NCBI GenBank assembly: GCA_043750125.1
Contig: JAYVCD010000311.1
Coordinates: 1-13,924, forward strand
Length of the DNA: 13,924 nt
Source: Archangiaceae bacterium
GTDB taxonomy: Bacteria; Myxococcota; Myxococcia; Myxococcales; Myxococcaceae
Direction of reading: 5' to 3'
Shown here: piece by piece, positions 1 to 8,173 of the stretch
Layout: each line of letters opens with the position of its first letter
Position numbering within the stretch: position 1 is the stretch's first letter
Notes under the pieces: generated by a model
Database searches by the model: none
Told to the model about the DNA's origin: nothing
What the model saw: only the letters and a program-made list of their open reading frames with translations
Made by a program: the position numbers and the translations under genes

Positions 1-200
1 GCGCCGCCGCCGACTCCTGCGCCGCCGCCCACGCCACCGAAGCTGTGGCAGGTGTTTCCGGGAATGCAGAGGTACCCATTGGGGCAGACGCCGCCGGGAT
101 CACAGACCAACCCTTCCGGGTCTGCCGTCAGGCTCATGCTGCATCCAGCAATGCCTGACGCCGCGAGGCTCAATGCGAGTCTGAATGCCAACGTTCTCAT
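1..200 (-). CDS. Cys-rich/Gly-rich lipoprotein, 5' part only (runs off the left edge; not in the ORF track)
   Basis: Manual translation from ATG at 200: MRTLAFRLALSLAASGIAGC-SMSLTADPEGLVCDPGGVCPNGYLCIPGNTCHSFGGVGGGAGVGGG. It has a lipobox (IAGC), a four-Cys module, a Gly-rich linker, AGGGG about 7 nt upstream, and no stop before the edge. Confidence 0.85.
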   Translation of the reverse strand, partial: MRTLAFRLALSLAASGIAGCSMSLTADPEGLVCDPGGVCPNGYLCIPGNTCHSFGGVGGGAGVGGG

Positions 201-420
201 TGAGGTGCCCCTGGGTCTCGTCCCCGGAAGCAGGAACGGCGCGCTTAAACGGCAAACGCGGCTCCGAGGTCAAGTGAGGCGGCCACCCTGTATCTCCTGA
301 GCGACAAGCCCGCACCACGCAGCCACGCCGTCCTTGCCAGGCCAAATCCGGCACCCGCACGGCCCACGCAAAGCGGTCAGCCAGCCGTCCCACAAATCCT
401 TCAAGGTGCGGAAAACGATG

Positions 421-445
421 GTCACACCCGGGTCGCGTCTGCCTA
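421..445 (+). promoter_or_regulatory. Putative ECF sigma-dependent promoter (GTCACA-N14-GCCTA) of the copper cluster
   Basis: GTCACA at 421-426 and GCCTA at 441-445. The same two boxes with the same spacing occur at 8174-8198 upstream of the ECF sigma gene. An in-frame GTG follows at 454. Confidence 0.55.
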
Positions 446-453
446 ATGCGCTT

Positions 454-1209
454 GTGAACACAGCATTTCCTCAATGGCGTCTGTCCCTGGTCGTCCTCGG
501 AGGCGCAATCGCAATCGCAATCGGATTCGGCTGCGCGACCATGCCCGCGCCGGTCCCTGTAGCGCTCGACCCCGCCAACCCAGAAGCAGAAACGGCGGAA
601 ATCTCGTCGACGCTGACGCCTCTGGTTGTACCCGGTCCCGAAAAGCCGGGAGACGGGTCGGCACTGCCTTCCGAGCCAACGGCAGAACCGGCGCACGCCG
701 GACACAACATGGCCGAGATGAAGAAGTCGGAGCCCATGGAAGGCAAGCCGTCGCCTCACGCCGGCCACGAGGTGGGCGGCGTGCTGGACTCAGAACAGCA
801 TTTGATGGGCGTCGTGACGCGCACTTCTGCGGGTGTGATCACCGTCCTGCTCGAGACAGGCTCCCCCGCTGTCGTGTTGATTGACACCCAGACGGTGTTC
901 GAACGCGGCGCAGCGAAAGCCACCTTCAAAAGCATCAAGAACGGTGAGCGGATCGTGGTCTATGCCACCCCCAAAGAAACCAAATGGCTTGCCCGAGTCG
1001 TGAAGCTTGGGTCCCCCTCATCGGAAGAGAAAGGTTCTGATGCGGGCACTCCTTCCGTGTCACCTGACTTTCCCATGAAAATGCCCGACGCGAAGAACCC
1101 CCACCAAGCCCAGCAATTCACCTGCCCGATGCACCCCGAGGTTCGCTCGTCGACTCAGGGCAAGTGCCCCAAATGCGGAATGAAGCTCGTGCCGGTTCCG
1201 GCGAAGTGA
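454..1209 (+). CDS. Heavy-metal-binding lipoprotein: His/Met-rich linker, DUF5666-like beta domain and C-terminal HMBD (CPMHPE...CPKCGM)
   Basis: Hydrophobic stretch with lipobox GFGC, HAGH twice, and C-terminal FTCPMHPEVRSSTQGKCPKCGMKLVP. The start is uncertain: GTG 454 or ATG 418, while the track's start at 334 is probably too long. The stop overlaps the next start (GTGA at 1206-1209). Confidence 0.85.
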   Translation: MNTAFPQWRLSLVVLGGAIAIAIGFGCATMPAPVPVALDPANPEAETAEISSTLTPLVVPGPEKPGDGSALPSEPTAEPAHAGHNMAEMKKSEPMEGKPSPHAGHEVGGVLDSEQHLMGVVTRTSAGVITVLLETGSPAVVLIDTQTVFERGAAKATFKSIKNGERIVVYATPKETKWLARVVKLGSPSSEEKGSDAGTPSVSPDFPMKMPDAKNPHQAQQFTCPMHPEVRSSTQGKCPKCGMKLVPVPAK

Positions 1210-2564
1210 AGCGTTCACTTCTGTTCGCCTTCCTGCTGGCCGGGTGCGCGACCCTTTCACCCGAACGCGGCCACGATCAGGTGGGGCTCCTGGTGGCAGA
1301 GCGCGGGGGTCCTTCCACCGGCTGGGAAAAAGGGTCGCCTGATCTGACCGTGATCTCCAATCGGGTCAACTCACTGCTCGCTCCGGGCCTCAGCCGCGCC
1401 AGCGCAGTCGCGATTGCGCTGATCAACAACCCTGGCCTTCAGGCGACGTACGAAGAGCTCGGCGTCTCGCAAGCCGACATGGTCCAGGCGGGTCTGCTCA
1501 AGAACCCCACCCTCGCAGGAAGTGTCGGCTTTCCACTCAACGTGGGAGCCATGACCGAGTTCGAATTTTCAATCCTTCAGGACATCGTCGATCTCGTCAC
1601 GCTCTCGTGGCGCATGGACGTTGCGAAGCAGCAGTTCAAGGCCAGCACTTTTCGGGTTGCCCAGCAGGCGCTCGACGTCGTGTCCGAAGTCAATCGCGCC
1701 TTCGTCACTTTCCAGGCCGAGCTGGAAATCGAAAAGCTCATTCGCAACCAAGTCGAAGGGGCTGAAGGTGCACACCTGCTTGCGGAAAAGCAGTTCGCCG
1801 TCGGAAACATCAACGCGTTGCTGCTGGCCAACGAGCAGGCGACCTATGCCCGCCTTCAGCTCGAGCTCATCCAATCGGAAGTCCGGGTCGCGACCTCCCG
1901 GGAGCACTTGAATCGCGCCCTGGGTCTGTGGGGCAAGTCTTCGCAATGGACAGTCGCTGGACCGCTGGCGGATCTTCCCCCCACCGACCCGTTGCCCGAC
2001 GTTCCGGAATCGATCGCGATCCGCCAACGGCTCGACCTGGCGGTCGCCCGAATGGACGCAGAAGTGATGGGGCAGATGGTCACCCTCGCGCGAAATACCC
2101 GGCTGTTCGGCCGAGTCGAAATCGGAGCACACGTTCACCGAGATTCCGACGGTCCCCAGCTCATCGGGCCCACTTTCTCGCTCGAGCTTCCGATCTTCGA
2201 TCAGCGGACGGCTTACATCGCGCGGCTCGAAGCTCAACGTGCCAGCGCCTCGCGCCGGGTCAGCGCGCTCGCGATCGAGATCCGTTCCAGAGTGCGTGAA
2301 GGCGTGCTCTCGCTCAAGGCTTCGAGGGCAATGGCTTCGTACCTGACCCACACCCTCGTCCCGCTGCGGGACAAGATCGTCGAGCAGTCGCAGCTTCACT
2401 ACAACGGGATGTTGCTGGGCCTCTTCGAGCTGGTCGCGACCCAAAGGGAAAGCAGCGACGCTCGCCGCAGTGCAATTCTCGCTCGCCGTGATTATTGGAT
2501 CGCACGCTTTGACCTCGAGAATGCACTGGGCAGCTCGCTTTCGCGTGGCAGCAGCGCTCAATGA
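1206..2564 (+). CDS. TolC/outer-membrane-factor family lipoprotein of the copper-cluster type
   Basis: GTG 1206 overlaps the upstream TGA. Lipobox MKRSLLFAFLLAGC; OMF motifs ALINNPGLQA, AGLLKNP and FSLELPIFDQ; helical repeats ending ARFDLENALG. Confidence 0.9.
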   Translation: MKRSLLFAFLLAGCATLSPERGHDQVGLLVAERGGPSTGWEKGSPDLTVISNRVNSLLAPGLSRASAVAIALINNPGLQATYEELGVSQADMVQAGLLKNPTLAGSVGFPLNVGAMTEFEFSILQDIVDLVTLSWRMDVAKQQFKASTFRVAQQALDVVSEVNRAFVTFQAELEIEKLIRNQVEGAEGAHLLAEKQFAVGNINALLLANEQATYARLQLELIQSEVRVATSREHLNRALGLWGKSSQWTVAGPLADLPPTDPLPDVPESIAIRQRLDLAVARMDAEVMGQMVTLARNTRLFGRVEIGAHVHRDSDGPQLIGPTFSLELPIFDQRTAYIARLEAQRASASRRVSALAIEIRSRVREGVLSLKASRAMASYLTHTLVPLRDKIVEQSQLHYNGMLLGLFELVATQRESSDARRSAILARRDYWIARFDLENALGSSLSRGSSAQ

Positions 2565-3148
2565 AGACCCGGCTGATTGTCATTGGGGTCGTGGGCGTGG
2601 TCGGTGCCCTCGCCGCCTTGATCTGGATCAAGGGACAAAACGGCTTCAGCGCGCGCGACGAGCCCTCGGGCCTCGAGAAGTTTGCTGCCGAAACAATGCG
2701 TTCGATTTCGATGCCTTCAGCGGCCAAGGCACTCAAGAGCCCCGAACGGGTCGACGACGCCCGCGTGGCCGGCGCGCGGATGCACTGGGCGGATCACTGT
2801 GCCACCTGCCACGCCAATGACGGCAGCGGCAACACGCCCATCGGGAAGAACCTCTTTCCCAAGCCGCCCGACATGCGTTCGAAGGTCACCCAGTCCAAAA
2901 CCGACGGCCAGCTGTTCTTCATCATCGAGAATGGAGTTCGGCTCACTGGAATGCCTGCCTGGGGCAGCGACGGAAATCACAGCGACGAGTCGTGGGCCCT
3001 GGTGGCATTCATCCGCCAATTGCCCCAGCTGACGGCAGAAGAGCTCGAGGCCATGAAAGCAATGAATCCACGATCCGCCCACGAATTGATGGAACAGAAG
3101 GAAGAGGACGACTTCCTTCGCGGAGATTCACCCTCACCGGAGAAATAG
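2561..3148 (+). CDS. Membrane-anchored monoheme cytochrome c
   Basis: N-terminal transmembrane helix, CATCH heme motif, GVRLTGMPAWG with the likely axial Met. The start overlaps the TolC stop. Confidence 0.9.
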   Translation: MKTRLIVIGVVGVVGALAALIWIKGQNGFSARDEPSGLEKFAAETMRSISMPSAAKALKSPERVDDARVAGARMHWADHCATCHANDGSGNTPIGKNLFPKPPDMRSKVTQSKTDGQLFFIIENGVRLTGMPAWGSDGNHSDESWALVAFIRQLPQLTAEELEAMKAMNPRSAHELMEQKEEDDFLRGDSPSPEK

Positions 3149-3150
3149 CC

Positions 3151-3525
3151 ATGAAGACCGCTCTGAACACCCTCACCGCAGTTGTGCTCTTGACCGGCTT
3201 CGCCGCCTTCGCTCACGGCGACGAGAAACATCTGAAAGGCATTGTCACCAAGGTCGAGGGCATGACCTTGACCCTCGCCATCGAAAAGGGTGAACCGCTG
3301 GTCGTCAACCTGGACGAAAAAACCGCATTCACCCGAGGGGCCGCCAAGGTCACGCTCCGGGACCTCGCCGTGGGAGACAAGGCTGTCATTCATGCGAAGG
3401 AACACGACGGGAAGATGATCGCGCACGAGGTGAAACTGGCGGCTGCGTCCAAACCCACTCACCCGGGCGCCGACGCAGGCACTGCAACCAAGACCGAGAA
3501 GGGACATGACAACCATCCTCACTGA
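3151..3525 (+). CDS. Small exported His-rich DUF5666-like (beta-barrel) protein, candidate metallochaperone
   Basis: ATG 3151 with GGAG upstream. Signal peptide ends AFA, giving a mature N-terminus HGDEKH. Pattern G-x-V-T-x..T-x-F-x-RG..L-x-VGD-x-V; His-rich tail GHDNHPH. Confidence 0.8.
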   Translation: MKTALNTLTAVVLLTGFAAFAHGDEKHLKGIVTKVEGMTLTLAIEKGEPLVVNLDEKTAFTRGAAKVTLRDLAVGDKAVIHAKEHDGKMIAHEVKLAAASKPTHPGADAGTATKTEKGHDNHPH

Positions 3526-4948
3526 GCCTCTGACCGGCGAACCCGAGACAACCGGCGCACCCAGGGGCGAGCAAGTCAGCCGTCGCAGCCTGCTGGTGAA
3601 CACCGGGGTCGCGGCCACCGGCGCGGCGCTCGTCGGCCTTCATGCTTCAAAGGCTGAAGCCGCATCGCCCGTTGGTTTCCTGACGCAGACCGTTGGCGGC
3701 GCCTTTGCGCCCAAAGCCCTGCCTCCGGGAATGCCGAACCGCGACTACATGCCGGTGATCGTCCCCAATGGGACCAAGGCCCCGTGGAAGATCGTCAATG
3801 GGGTGAAGGTGTTTCACCTCGTCGCAGAAGAATTCGAGCATGAATTTGCACCCGGGCTGAAAGCCTTTTGCTGGGGGTACAACAAGCAGGTCAACGGGCC
3901 GATTCTCGAAATGGTCGAGGGCGATCACGTTCGCATCTACCTCACCAATAAGTTGATCGCTCCCACCACCATCCACTGGCACGGATTTCTGATTCCGAAC
4001 GGGATGGACGGAGTCGGAGGCTTGAACCAGAGGGCCGTCCGTCCCGGAGAAACCTGCAGGTACGAGTTTGTTCTGGGGCAGCACGGAACACTGATGTTCC
4101 ACTCCCACCACGATGAAATGACTCAGATGGCCTTGGGCATGACGGGCATGGTCATCGTCCACCCCCGCAAGCCCAGGTCCCACGTCGACCGAGACTTCGC
4201 CCTCGTCCTTCATGAGTGGCGCATCGACCCCGGAGCCAGGCGCCCTGACCCCAACGAGATGACGGACTTCAACGTCCTCACCATCAATGGAAAGGCCTTC
4301 CCGGGGACGGCTGCGCTGGTCGTGAAGACCGGGCAGAAGGTGCGGATCCGTCTGGCAAACCTGGGCGCGATGGACCACCACCCGTTTCACATTCATGGGC
4401 TGAATTTCATCGTCACCGACACGGATGGCGGAGAAATTCCGAAGAGCGCTCAGTTCCCAGAGACCACGGTGCTCGTCGCGGTCGGGCAGACGCGCACCAT
4501 CGAGATGACGCCCCTCATTCCCGGAGACTGGGCGATGCATTGCCACATGACCCACCACGTGATGAACCAGATGGGTCACCGGCTGCCGAACATGATTGGC
4601 ATTGATCCCAGCCAGCTCGACGCCAAGGTTCAACGGGCGCTGCCCGGCTACATGACGATGGGCCAGGAAGGAATGGGAGACATGGGCGACATGGGAATGC
4701 CTGTGCCCGAGAACAGCATTCCGATGGTCGGCGCCAAAGGCAAACATGACTACATCACGATGGGTGGAATGTTCTCGATTCTCAAAGTGCGCGATCAGCT
4801 GACGAGCTACGAAGACCCCGGCTGGTACGAGAATCCAAAGGGGACGATGGCCAGCCTGGTCACTTCGGCAGAATTGGCCCGCGACAAGATCGATACCGCC
4901 GCTCCCTCGACTTCCGCGCCCGGTGATGTTCGCGGCGTCGGGGTGTGA
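3506..4948 (+). CDS. Tat-exported two-domain multicopper oxidase (type B pattern) with Met-rich C-terminal extension
   Basis: Twin-arginine motif SRRSLL; Cu motifs IHWHG, MFHSH, HPFHIHG and HCHMTHHVMNQM. The T1 Cys is present only in domain 2. The tail contains MTMGQEGMGDMGDMGM. Confidence 0.93.
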   Translation: MTTILTEPLTGEPETTGAPRGEQVSRRSLLVNTGVAATGAALVGLHASKAEAASPVGFLTQTVGGAFAPKALPPGMPNRDYMPVIVPNGTKAPWKIVNGVKVFHLVAEEFEHEFAPGLKAFCWGYNKQVNGPILEMVEGDHVRIYLTNKLIAPTTIHWHGFLIPNGMDGVGGLNQRAVRPGETCRYEFVLGQHGTLMFHSHHDEMTQMALGMTGMVIVHPRKPRSHVDRDFALVLHEWRIDPGARRPDPNEMTDFNVLTINGKAFPGTAALVVKTGQKVRIRLANLGAMDHHPFHIHGLNFIVTDTDGGEIPKSAQFPETTVLVAVGQTRTIEMTPLIPGDWAMHCHMTHHVMNQMGHRLPNMIGIDPSQLDAKVQRALPGYMTMGQEGMGDMGDMGMPVPENSIPMVGAKGKHDYITMGGMFSILKVRDQLTSYEDPGWYENPKGTMASLVTSAELARDKIDTAAPSTSAPGDVRGVGV

Positions 4949-6681
4949 CGACCCCCCGCCCGGTGCGAAAGCCACTTTCGACTGTATTCGCGCTCCTTCT
5001 GCTCGGACTCGTCGGCTGTCGTACGACGCAGTCCTCGGTACGGCCCTCGGCAAACGAAGACCGGGTGGCCGTCGTTGCAGATCCTCCCGCCGCGCCGGGG
5101 TCGATGGCGAGCAACCTCTCGGTCGCGTCCAATTCACTGCTGCTCATCTGGGTCGAGCCTGCGGAAGTCGCGGGCAGCTTCCGCCTTCGGTTCTCACAGT
5201 GGCGCGCCGGCGCGTGGGCCGCTGCAACGACCATCGCTGAACATCCTTCGATCGTCGCCAACTGGGCGGACACCCCCTCGGTGCGCGAAGCGGTCGACGG
5301 GACGCTCGTCGCCCAATGGTCCGAGCGCCTGGACGACAGTTCCCATGCGACGAATGTCCTGGTTGCCCGGTCTACGGACAGTGGAAAGACCTGGGTTGGT
5401 TTGGGACCTGCTCACGACGACGACACTCAGACCGAGCATGGCTTCGTGTCATTGCTCGCCGACGACCCGTCGGTGCGCGCCTTCTGGCTCGACGGACGTG
5501 AGACCGGGGGAGGCATGCGCAACCGTGGGGCAATGACTCTGCGAACGGCGAAAATTTCAGAGCGGGTGATCGAAAGTGAAGTCCTCGATGACAGCGTCTG
5601 CGATTGCTGCGGCACTTCGGCAGCAATGACCTCGCAAGGGCCGATTGTCGTCTTTCGTGACCGCCTTCCCGGAGAGATCCGCGACATATCCATCATTCGT
5701 CGGGTAGGCGGAGCCTGGACCGCACCCAGACCCGTGCACGCGGACGGCTGGAAGATCCCCGGTTGCCCGGTCAATGGCCCCGCCGTCGCTGCCGAAAAAA
5801 GTCGCGTCGCCGTGGCCTGGTTTACCGATGCGGCTGGAAGAGCCGTGGTGAAGGTGGCTTTCTCAATCGACGCCGGCGCCACTTTCGCCGAGCCCGTCGA
5901 AGTGGATGCACCACGCGGGCGGGTCACCCCGATGGGGCGCGTGGGCGTCGTGCTCGACGATCACGACGGGGCGTTCGTCAGTTGGATGGCGTCCAACCGC
6001 GAGCAGGCGCAAGTGCTGGTTCGCCGCGTCATTCCGGCCGGCCGTCGAAGCAGCCCGGTGGTCCTGGCCCAAAGCCAGTCGAACCGGGACAGCGGGTTTC
6101 CCAGGCTGGCCCGGTCAACGCGAGAGCTTTTCGTCGTCTGGACCGAAGCGAGCACTCCTTCTCACCTTCGCTTTCAAGCCGTGCCGCTCAGCGCGTTGCC
6201 TGCTGCGACCCAGAGCGCGACTCTTCCGTCTGTGCAAGAGGTGGCTGTTTTGACGGTGGACTCATTGATGCCCGACTACTCGGCTCAAACTCTCGAGGGG
6301 AAAGACGTGTCTGTCTCGTTGTTGCGCGGGCAGGTCGTATTGCTCAACTTTTGGGCGACCTGGTGCGAGCCGTGCCGGGCCGAGCTTCCCACGCTCGCAA
6401 TGATTTATCAGCGCTATGCCTCGCGCGGATTGCAGGTGCTGGGTGTCAGCCTCGATGCTCAGCAGACTCCGGCTCAAGTAAAGTCCTTCGCCGACCGCCG
6501 AAAGGTGCCCTACCTGCTCTGGTTGGACTCTCAAGATCTCGCTTCGCGCAAGCTGGGGATCGCCACCCTGCCAGTGACCGTGTTGATCAGACGGGATGGC
6601 ACCGTTGCATGGAGCCAGGTGGGCGCCATCGGGGAAGACGATCAGTCGCTCAGTTTGGCATTGGAGAGCGCTTTGAGGTAA
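4945..6681 (+). CDS. Lipoprotein fusion: BNR/Asp-box (sialidase-like propeller) domain plus TlpA/ResA-like thioredoxin domain
   Basis: GTGA overlap with the oxidase stop; lipobox LVGC; Asp-boxes RSTDSGKTW and FSIDAGATF; VCDCC and GCPVNGP motifs; C-terminal VVLLNFWATWCEPCRAELP...LPVT. Confidence 0.88.
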   Translation: MTTPRPVRKPLSTVFALLLLGLVGCRTTQSSVRPSANEDRVAVVADPPAAPGSMASNLSVASNSLLLIWVEPAEVAGSFRLRFSQWRAGAWAAATTIAEHPSIVANWADTPSVREAVDGTLVAQWSERLDDSSHATNVLVARSTDSGKTWVGLGPAHDDDTQTEHGFVSLLADDPSVRAFWLDGRETGGGMRNRGAMTLRTAKISERVIESEVLDDSVCDCCGTSAAMTSQGPIVVFRDRLPGEIRDISIIRRVGGAWTAPRPVHADGWKIPGCPVNGPAVAAEKSRVAVAWFTDAAGRAVVKVAFSIDAGATFAEPVEVDAPRGRVTPMGRVGVVLDDHDGAFVSWMASNREQAQVLVRRVIPAGRRSSPVVLAQSQSNRDSGFPRLARSTRELFVVWTEASTPSHLRFQAVPLSALPAATQSATLPSVQEVAVLTVDSLMPDYSAQTLEGKDVSVSLLRGQVVLLNFWATWCEPCRAELPTLAMIYQRYASRGLQVLGVSLDAQQTPAQVKSFADRRKVPYLLWLDSQDLASRKLGIATLPVTVLIRRDGTVAWSQVGAIGEDDQSLSLALESALR

Positions 6682-6755
6682 GGGATTGGGAAAGAAATCG
6701 CCCCAGGTCATTCGACAACGACCGCACAATTCTCAACGATTTTCCAAGGAAACAG

Positions 6756-7250
6756 ATGCCAAGAACTGAATTCGCCTTCCGTATTGCCTCACTGGTTGTG
6801 CTCTTTGCCGCGGGGGCCTGTGGCTCGGTGCCAACGATTGAGCACGACGCCGGCACCGGAGAAGATTCGGGAATCATCCCGGTCGACTCGGGCATCGCCG
6901 ATGCCGGGCCGGTCGATGCCGGGCCGGTCGATGCGGGGCCGGTCGATGCCGGGCCGGTCGATGCGGGCCCCCCGACCCCGGGCATCCCCGTTGTCACCGC
7001 TGCAACTGTGGTGGTCCATGGGACACACCAGATTACCTGGCAGTTGCCTGCCTCGGGCTGCTCAACCCTCTCGCTGATGATGAAGGTCGGCGCCGCCGGG
7101 ACCTACTCCGTGGTGAAGATGGTCACGGGGGTGGCTACATCGACGCAATACGGCCCGGGCCACGCGTTGGGCACTTACTGCTACGAGGTCGTCTGCATTC
7201 TGGGCGGGACCACCTCGTCTGCATCCAACGAAAAGTGTGCCACCCAGTGA
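6756..7250 (+). CDS. Lipoprotein with (DAGPV)n linker and small FN3-like beta domain
   Basis: ATG 6756 with AAGGA RBS; lipobox AGAC; DAGPV repeats; ITW..P, YCYEV and SSASNE are FN3-like features; four Cys in the domain. The track's start at 5763 is a spurious extension. Confidence 0.8.
   Translation: MPRTEFAFRIASLVVLFAAGACGSVPTIEHDAGTGEDSGIIPVDSGIADAGPVDAGPVDAGPVDAGPVDAGPPTPGIPVVTAATVVVHGTHQITWQLPASGCSTLSLMMKVGAAGTYSVVKMVTGVATSTQYGPGHALGTYCYEVVCILGGTTSSASNEKCATQ
6900..6971 (+). repeat. 15-bp coding tandem repeat (GATGCSGGGCCGGTC), about 4.8 copies, encoding DAGPV
   Basis: Units start at 6900, 6915, 6930, 6945 and 6960 (partial). Confidence 0.95.
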
Positions 7251-8134
7251 TGACGAAGTGGGCCTTGTTGATGGCATTGGCAGGCTGCGGCACCGCAGCA
7301 CCTGGCCCGACCCGATACCCACCGACTGGAAAGACGAAGACCTTTGAGCTGACGGCTCGAGATGTCGAGTGGACCGTGGCACCTGGCGCGGTCTATTTCG
7401 CCTGGACCTACAACGGCACAATCCCCGGACCGCAGCTGGACGTCACCGCGGGCGACACCGTCGTCGTGAACTTGAGAAACGAAACCCTCCACCCGGTTTC
7501 GGTTCACACCCATTTGGTCGAATTTGAGCAGACCGCCGACGGGGTTGATGCCGCGTCAGTTGCTCAGCCCGGACAGACGGTGAGCGTGACGTGGAAGACG
7601 TCCTTTGCCGCGGCGGTGCCCTACCATGACCATGCGGACGAAGGCGATGGGGTCGCCCGAGGGCTGATCGGGGCTTTGATTGTTCACGCGCCCGACGAAA
7701 AGCCTGCCAACGAGCACGTGGTTGTTCTGACCGATTTCGACACTGCCAATTTCAAGAGTCTCCCGGGCGTGGCCGACCCCGTGACCGGCGCGTTCCCTGA
7801 TGCTGGAACCTACCGGGGGGCGCACCAATACATGCACACCCTCAACGGCAAGGCCTACCAGGAATCGGTGCCACCCTTTACGGGCACGGTCGGTGAAATC
7901 AGTCGCTGGCGCGTAGTGAGCATCGGCCAGGAAGTTCATACCTGGCACATCCACGGGCACCGCTGGGTCGACGCAGACGGTCAATTGACGGACAACATCC
8001 AACTTGGGCCGGGCATGTACCGCACCTTCGAATTCATGGAAGACAAGGCAGGGGACTGGCTCGTGCACTGCCATGTGCCCACGCACATGCAAGGCGGAAT
8101 GATGGCGCGGTACCGGGTCGCGGGCGCGCGTTAG
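7250..8134 (+). CDS. Small laccase-like (SLAC-type, type B) two-domain multicopper oxidase, lipoprotein
   Basis: Start (ATG 7250 or GTG 7247) overlaps the upstream TGA. Lipobox LAGC; motifs SVHTH, YHDH, HTWHIHGHRW and HCHVPTHMQGGM. Confidence 0.9.
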   Translation: MTKWALLMALAGCGTAAPGPTRYPPTGKTKTFELTARDVEWTVAPGAVYFAWTYNGTIPGPQLDVTAGDTVVVNLRNETLHPVSVHTHLVEFEQTADGVDAASVAQPGQTVSVTWKTSFAAAVPYHDHADEGDGVARGLIGALIVHAPDEKPANEHVVVLTDFDTANFKSLPGVADPVTGAFPDAGTYRGAHQYMHTLNGKAYQESVPPFTGTVGEISRWRVVSIGQEVHTWHIHGHRWVDADGQLTDNIQLGPGMYRTFEFMEDKAGDWLVHCHVPTHMQGGMMARYRVAGAR

Positions 8135-8173
8135 TCCCGAGTCTCTCGTGTCGGTACCAGATGTCACTTTGCC

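Noticed and set aside
1-300. + strand ORF ending RRPPCIS as an RAPP-like leader for the copper cluster
   Set aside because: It is antisense to a convincing lipoprotein gene, has no hydrophobic or metal-binding segment, and its Pro richness mirrors Gly codons on the other strand.
505-522. (GCAATC)3 microsatellite
   Set aside because: It is an in-frame hexamer encoding AIAIAI in a signal peptide, with no regulatory implication.
1569-5137. Long antisense ORFs (1569-2561, 2977-3618, 3647-5137)
   Set aside because: They are shadows of well-supported + strand genes in high-GC DNA and have no recognisable motifs.
5763-6755. N-terminal extension of the 495-aa ORF 5763-7250
   Set aside because: It is Arg-rich off-frame sequence overlapping the BNR-TlpA gene; the real start with RBS and signal peptide is at 6756.
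6900-6971. 15-bp repeats as a CRISPR array
   Set aside because: The repeats are contiguous, in-frame and coding, with no spacers and no cas genes.
3506-8134. Either oxidase as copper nitrite reductase (NirK)
   Set aside because: Both have the T1 HCH in domain 2, no domain-1 Cys site, and the full set of HxH trinuclear-cluster motifs.
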